IMG/VR virus record: IMGVR_UViG_3300029915_000022
DNA length: 20,000 bases
DNA from: an uncultured virus (IMG/VR IMGVR_UViG_3300029915_000022)
Lineage: Duplodnaviria > Heunggongvirae > Uroviricota > Caudoviricetes
Direction: 5' to 3' (one strand)
Shown here: positions 15,920 to 20,000 of the stretch, piece by piece
Position numbering within the stretch: position 1 is the first letter of the stretch
Layout: the number at the start of each line of letters is the position of its first letter
Notes under the pieces: generated by a model
Told to the model about the DNA's origin: nothing
Database searches by the model: none
The model's input: only the letters and a program-made list of their open reading frames with translations
Translations under genes and position numbers: made by a program

Positions 15920-15925
15920 AAATCC
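15855..15925 (-). promoter_or_regulatory. Programmed -1 ribosomal frameshift signal: slippery heptamer plus stem-loop
   Basis: GGATTTC at 15925-15919, an 8-nt spacer, then a stem CTGAAAGC..AAGGAGA-CCCGA / TCGGG-C-TCTCCTT-GCTTTCAG spanning 15910-15855. Confidence 0.7.
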
Positions 15926-16326
15926 ACCATCTCTGCTTCTTGGTCCATGCCGCCGAGGATCGCGATTTTGTCGGCAAGCGTCTGCGCAAGCGCAGGCTCT
16001 CCGCCTTCGATGATGCGATCACTGATTGCCGCGCCGTCCGGATCAACGCAATTCGCAATGGTCAAATTCTCCATTGCAGCCTTGTTCCGCTTGGGATCTC
16101 CAATCGCTTCACGGAACGAATGCCATTGCTGGCGAGTCGGAGAACGGATCCAGAACTCTTCTCCGTTTGCGACAACGAGCCCGATCTTCCGCTTCGGGTT
16201 CTTTGCTTCGAGCTCGGCCTTCTTTGCACGGCGTTCCGCCTTCTTCTGGTTCTCCGATGGAACTTCGTCCGGAAGTGCCATCGAAGAATCCAGGACCAAA
16301 GGCGGGGTCTTTTTCTCATCCGACAT
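15907..16326 (-). CDS. Tail assembly chaperone
   Basis: Lies between tube and tape measure genes. Preferred start is ATG 16326 (MSDEKK, AAAGG SD); contains an F.IRSPT..QW motif. Confidence 0.75.
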   Translation of the reverse strand: MSDEKKTPPLVLDSSMALPDEVPSENQKKAERRAKKAELEAKNPKRKIGLVVANGEEFWIRSPTRQQWHSFREAIGDPKRNKAAMENLTIANCVDPDGAAISDRIIEGGEPALAQTLADKIAILGGMDQEAEMVDFSDL

Positions 16327-16345
16327 GGTAGAGCCTTTCTGTAGG

Positions 16346-16852
16346 TTACGGAGCGGCACCGGCAGACGTTGCGATGCGGGAGAGGGCTCCGAATGCGGGA
16401 AGACCGTTCACGAGCGCGTACAATGCTACGAACGGAAGGTCAACCGCAAGTGCGTCACCGGATCCCGCGCTGATCTTGTGGGCGTCTTCGGTGAACCGGA
16501 TTCCGAAAAGTTCGTCCTTTGCGTCCGGAAGAAGCAAAGGCTGGTGTTCCTGATAGGTCACGGTTCCAAGAATCATGGCTTCCATGAAGCCAAGTCCAAG
16601 AGCCGAGATAGTCAGGGCCAGGAAGTCGAACTCCGAACGGTACATAGTGACCCGTCCAGAAACGTTGTAGACTCCGCGAGTGAAGCCGATTGCCTGCGGA
16701 GTGAACCCTCGGACTTCGACCGGCTTCAGGCTCTGGTTCCACTCGAACTCAGAGCATCCGATAAATCGGACGCCGTTGAGAACAAGTTCGATGCTTGAAG
16801 CATCGAATCGCGGACCAGCGCCAAGCGGATAGTTGATCGGATTGGTTGCCAT
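16346..16852 (-). CDS. Tail tube protein
   Basis: 168 aa directly after the sheath, with a G..PQAIGFTRGVYNVSG.VTM pattern typical of contractile tail tubes. Confidence 0.85.
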   Translation of the reverse strand: MATNPINYPLGAGPRFDASSIELVLNGVRFIGCSEFEWNQSLKPVEVRGFTPQAIGFTRGVYNVSGRVTMYRSEFDFLALTISALGLGFMEAMILGTVTYQEHQPLLLPDAKDELFGIRFTEDAHKISAGSGDALAVDLPFVALYALVNGLPAFGALSRIATSAGAAP

Positions 16853-16861
16853 GGTTGTTCC

Positions 16862-18589
16862 TTAGGCTGCCGCCTGAATGGCAAGCCCTTGATTGGTGAA
16901 TCCGATGTCGGCGTTGACGAAGAGAACATACCCGACCGGGACGACTCGGATAGTCGGAAGAAGCGTCTGGGTCGCGAGAAGGTTGTTGGTGCGATCAACC
17001 TGAACAACGAGACTGCTGATGTTGCTGCCAGCCCCATTCAAGATGGTATTCGTCACCCAGCTCTCGATCTTAACAGCGTCCTTGCTGCTGATCGTCCCGT
17101 TCGGGTTGACGCGAACGGAGGCATTCAAGAACTTCAGGAGTCCTTGGTACGCCAGGGAGCAGACGATATCCATCACCCGACCATAGGGCCAGAACGAATA
17201 GTCGCTTCCCGTCGGAGCCATGATGCGACCGGGTCCGGTGATATACGCGCCCTGCTTCCCGGAGAGGGAGGTTCCAGTCAGGAACCGGCCCGTATCCAAG
17301 CCAGGGGTTGCGAATTCGTCGCGAGTAAGCTTCACGACGCCAGGAAGAGATCCCGTATCGACCCGACCGAGTGCCTCAGACGGGACGACGCATCCGGCAC
17401 GGGCGATTGCCTGCCAAGCGATCGAACGGCTCTGGACTCGTCCATTCAGCGGAGAAGTCTGGGTTTCGTACCCAGCCGCAACGGAAACTCGAGTCGAAGC
17501 CGCATTCGCATACGCAGCCAGGATCGCGGAGTCCGTATCCTGCGGAGTCTCCATCATGAGCCGCGTCCACTTGTTCATTCCCGCCGCACCGGACAAAAGA
17601 AGATCCAGTGCAGCAAGAAGCGTCGCTCCTGCCGAAGACGAAGCAGGGGCGCCGACAACGTGGATCCCGTTGCCGGGAGTAAACCGCTGATCCGCGATCA
17701 ACGCGTTGAACCCGGCAGTGAGATCACTCGTCGTGCAGCTTGCACCGGTTGTCACGAACGTGAAGGTGTCCCCGACCACGTAGGTTCCGGCAGCGAACGC
17801 GAGGTACATTCCGGTGGAATTGTACGCTCCGGTCTTGTTCTGATCCACCCCGTCCGTAACAACGAAGTTGCCAGAGCTCGGGATCAGGTACGGCTGCGAA
17901 GTCGTCACTCCGCCATCAAGAGAGATGGTGAACATGCCGACGCCACGTGCGCCGCCCGTGGTAATGGTGATAACCACAGAATAAGCGTCGACGATGCTGC
18001 TTGCCGAATGGGTCACGTCCTGGGCGTCGCTTCCGGTATTCGTGACAGTTCCGGTGGTGGCGATAAAGAACATGTCCCCGGTAACCGCAGTACCAGCGGC
18101 GAAGGCAAGCGTCGTGTACGAGACGCCAGGAATGATCACGGTGGCAGCGGATACCCAAGGAGATCCGTAGGTGACTCCACCATCGACCGAGGTCTGCCAA
18201 GTCGACGTTCCGACGGCTCCACCGAGAACGCATCGAATCTGGAAAGCCGTGGCAGGCTTCGCAGTGACCGTCGGTGCAACCGATCCGGTTCCGGAGTGGC
18301 TGACAGCTCCAGCGGTTCCGTACGTCGAAGGATTGACAGGGACGAGAAGGAGGTTTGCCGGGCGGACAGGTCCTGATCCGCCCGCCGTGATCGCAAGGGC
18401 AGCCGACTCGGCGACTCCTCCGCCGTTGCCAAGTTGCTTGACAAGAGAGTTATTGTCAGCTGCCGAGAGGACCGTGTTCAGCAGGCCCAAAGGCGAGCAA
18501 CCGAGCTTGGCGAACGAGCTTCCAGATCCGACTCCAGAAATGCCGAGACCTTGGTCTCGAACTGTCACGTTGATTGCAGGTGCGGTCAC
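16862..18589 (-). CDS. Tail sheath protein (DUF2586-like) with two inserted beta-sandwich domains
   Basis: 575 aa, N-terminal INVTVRDQGLG and C-terminal MAPTGSDY....GRVMD and IRVVPVGY...VNADIGF; upstream of the tube gene. Confidence 0.88.
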   Translation of the reverse strand: MTAPAINVTVRDQGLGISGVGSGSSFAKLGCSPLGLLNTVLSAADNNSLVKQLGNGGGVAESAALAITAGGSGPVRPANLLLVPVNPSTYGTAGAVSHSGTGSVAPTVTAKPATAFQIRCVLGGAVGTSTWQTSVDGGVTYGSPWVSAATVIIPGVSYTTLAFAAGTAVTGDMFFIATTGTVTNTGSDAQDVTHSASSIVDAYSVVITITTGGARGVGMFTISLDGGVTTSQPYLIPSSGNFVVTDGVDQNKTGAYNSTGMYLAFAAGTYVVGDTFTFVTTGASCTTSDLTAGFNALIADQRFTPGNGIHVVGAPASSSAGATLLAALDLLLSGAAGMNKWTRLMMETPQDTDSAILAAYANAASTRVSVAAGYETQTSPLNGRVQSRSIAWQAIARAGCVVPSEALGRVDTGSLPGVVKLTRDEFATPGLDTGRFLTGTSLSGKQGAYITGPGRIMAPTGSDYSFWPYGRVMDIVCSLAYQGLLKFLNASVRVNPNGTISSKDAVKIESWVTNTILNGAGSNISSLVVQVDRTNNLLATQTLLPTIRVVPVGYVLFVNADIGFTNQGLAIQAAA

Positions 18590-18592
18590 GGG

Positions 18593-18943
18593 TTACTCCT
18601 TGCTCGTCAAAGAGCTGGGATGCGTGCCATCCGGAAGATGACCGCCGATTGAAATGTTGTCGACTTCCGTAAGAGAGTCCGTAAACGCCTCTTCGGTCAT
18701 CATTGGCCACTCATCTTCCCACTTGCCGGAAGCCTTCGCGCCCGCAAAGAGCATCTGAAACTTCTGCTGCTTCAAGCGTTCCGAGTGGGCGGCGATCTTC
18801 GCGACTTTGGGGCAAAGGCGCGCATACCAGTCGGTAGGGGTCCGCTGCACGGCCTTTTCCGCAACGGGCGCGGCAACTGGGGCCGCAACAGGGGCAGGCT
18901 TTGGGGTAGGCGAGGAGGGTTGCGCGGTTTCGGTGTCAGGCAT
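18593..18943 (-). CDS. Hypothetical protein with Pro/Ala-rich N-terminus preceding the sheath
   Basis: AAGGAA SD and tight spacing to both neighbours; contains PVAAPVAAPVA. Confidence 0.7.
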   Translation of the reverse strand: MPDTETAQPSSPTPKPAPVAAPVAAPVAEKAVQRTPTDWYARLCPKVAKIAAHSERLKQQKFQMLFAGAKASGKWEDEWPMMTEEAFTDSLTEVDNISIGGHLPDGTHPSSLTSKE

Positions 18944-18952
18944 GGAATTCCT

Positions 18953-19513
18953 TTAGACAACGACGATAGATCCGTCGGCAAGAGGTCCGATTTCGGCGGT
19001 CTGATCGATAGTCTCGATTTCGACCGAAACAGGGATATTCGGCGGAAGCACTTCATTTACCGCCAAGTTCACAGCGAAGTAGGCGATGCACCTGTGGCCA
19101 AGTGCCGCTGCCTCTGTTCCTGGGTTAATCCACTTCTCCCCAGAATAAATGTATCCGCCAGGAAGGATGTTCTGCATCGCTGTAACCACAGCGTCAAGCA
19201 AGAACTCGGTTGAACTGTATTCATCAACCGACGCGGATTCGCCGCCCCAAAGATGGCAATCTAACGAGAGTAAGCGCGTACGAAGAGCGCGAGGAACAAA
19301 ACCGCCGTTAGCCGAAAGAGCGTCCTGCTGATCCTTACTGACAGACACATTTGGTCCGCTCGCTTTGCTTTGGTTTGGAACCCAAAACACACTCTTTGGG
19401 ACCGTCTTCAACCTCTTGGGACTGGATCCCAGTTGGAGCGGAGTTGAATCCGGAAGGACGCCAAGCCGGATAAGTTCGTTGTTAATGGCCCAGAGGGTGT
19501 CTTTGAGTGCCAT
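18953..19513 (-). CDS. Putative tail terminator / completion protein
   Basis: 186 aa between the virion morphogenesis gene and the sheath; TAATG coupling to the upstream gene. Confidence 0.6.
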   Translation of the reverse strand: MALKDTLWAINNELIRLGVLPDSTPLQLGSSPKRLKTVPKSVFWVPNQSKASGPNVSVSKDQQDALSANGGFVPRALRTRLLSLDCHLWGGESASVDEYSSTEFLLDAVVTAMQNILPGGYIYSGEKWINPGTEAAALGHRCIAYFAVNLAVNEVLPPNIPVSVEIETIDQTAEIGPLADGSIVVV

Positions 19514-20000
19514 TATTTCCGGCCTTTCTTGAAGAGTTCTGGAAATTCAGAAGCAAGTTCTCGGTCAAGAGCAGACATGCTATCTTTCTTTCCGCCTGTA
19601 CTCTTACCGACACTTACGCCAGATCCGGCTCCAAACTCGAAAGCTGTTTCGTTCTCGACCCATTCTATTCCCATTTCTTGGCAAGCCTTAGCGAAAGCCG
19701 TATTCAAAAGAAGTTCGAGTTCCGAGGAATCCGCGTCCTGGTCGGGGTCACTATCGTCGGACCAAGCAGGAAAGATCCTTCTTTGCGCCATCCAGCGGGT
19801 ACCGTGCTGGTGGAACATTACGTGATCGGCACCTTCGCCTTCTGAAAGGATCAAAAATCCGTCCCTTAGAATTCGAACTTTGATGCTTTTGTAGATACTC
19901 CCCGATTTCCCGCCAAGTAGAGCTGAACGGCCTTTAGCTTGATCCTTCGGGCGTACGTAGTCCGCCCATTGGTCGCCATTTGGATCCTGTTGCTTCTCGA
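19513..20000 (-). CDS. Phage virion morphogenesis protein (P2 gpS / Mu gpG-like), N-terminus outside the window
   Basis: The frame is open to the window edge: EKQQDPNGDQW...LL...SGSIYKSI...FHQHGTRWMAQRRIFP matches the DP.G..W and HQ.G...M..R motifs. The 19854 start in the ORF track is therefore internal. Confidence 0.85.
   Translation of the reverse strand, partial: EKQQDPNGDQWADYVRPKDQAKGRSALLGGKSGSIYKSIKVRILRDGFLILSEGEGADHVMFHQHGTRWMAQRRIFPAWSDDSDPDQDADSSELELLLNTAFAKACQEMGIEWVENETAFEFGAGSGVSVGKSTGGKKDSMSALDRELASEFPELFKKGRK

Noticed and set aside
15846..16058. 70-aa - strand ORF overlapping the chaperone end as an alternative frameshift target
   Set aside because: It is in the +1 frame, stops about 80 nt short of the tape measure gene and looks non-protein-like. 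The -1 frame fits the slippery site and fills the gap.
16889..18376. 495-aa + strand ORF, and similar long antisense ORFs such as 15947..16798, 5971..6603 and 11574..12122
   Set aside because: They are Arg/Ser-rich shadow frames opposite well-supported genes, with no recognisable motifs; such frames are expected from codon bias in GC-rich genes.
6694..20000. Interpretation as a tailocin, eCIS or T6SS
   Set aside because: The window has a virion morphogenesis gene, a long tape measure gene with a frameshifted chaperone and an adjacent DNA polymerase, and lacks an eCIS AAA ATPase or T6SS membrane components. Head genes are outside the window, so this is not fully excluded.

Overview
The window is part of a tailed-phage or prophage genome with two converging modules. 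On the + strand at the left edge lie the C-terminal end of a family A DNA polymerase (1..143, not in the ORF track) and one small ORF. They meet the - strand late operon at a strong hairpin terminator (505..542). The - strand operon, read from right to left, is a near-complete contractile (myovirus-type) tail module: virion morphogenesis protein, tail terminator, sheath, tube, tail assembly chaperone, tape measure protein, hub, spike, wedge subunits, baseplate J and tail fibre. A GH24 endolysin, an unusual membrane/beta-rich protein and an accessory block including a permuted papain-like hydrolase follow. The most notable observations are five. (1) Three fibre/adhesin-like, Cys-containing genes in the late operon carry Sec signal peptides. 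(2) The gene after the endolysin has a holin-like N-terminus, an internal prepilin-like/signal segment and an outer-membrane beta-barrel-like C-terminus, and no Rz/Rz1 pair is recognisable. (3) A clear -1 frameshift cassette (slippery site plus long stem-loop) ends the chaperone gene. (4) An antisense lipoprotein moron has its own sigma70 promoter. (5) A 27-27-27 bp palindromic repeat-spacer-repeat shows a compensatory base change. All family assignments come from motif recognition and gene order; no database searches were run.
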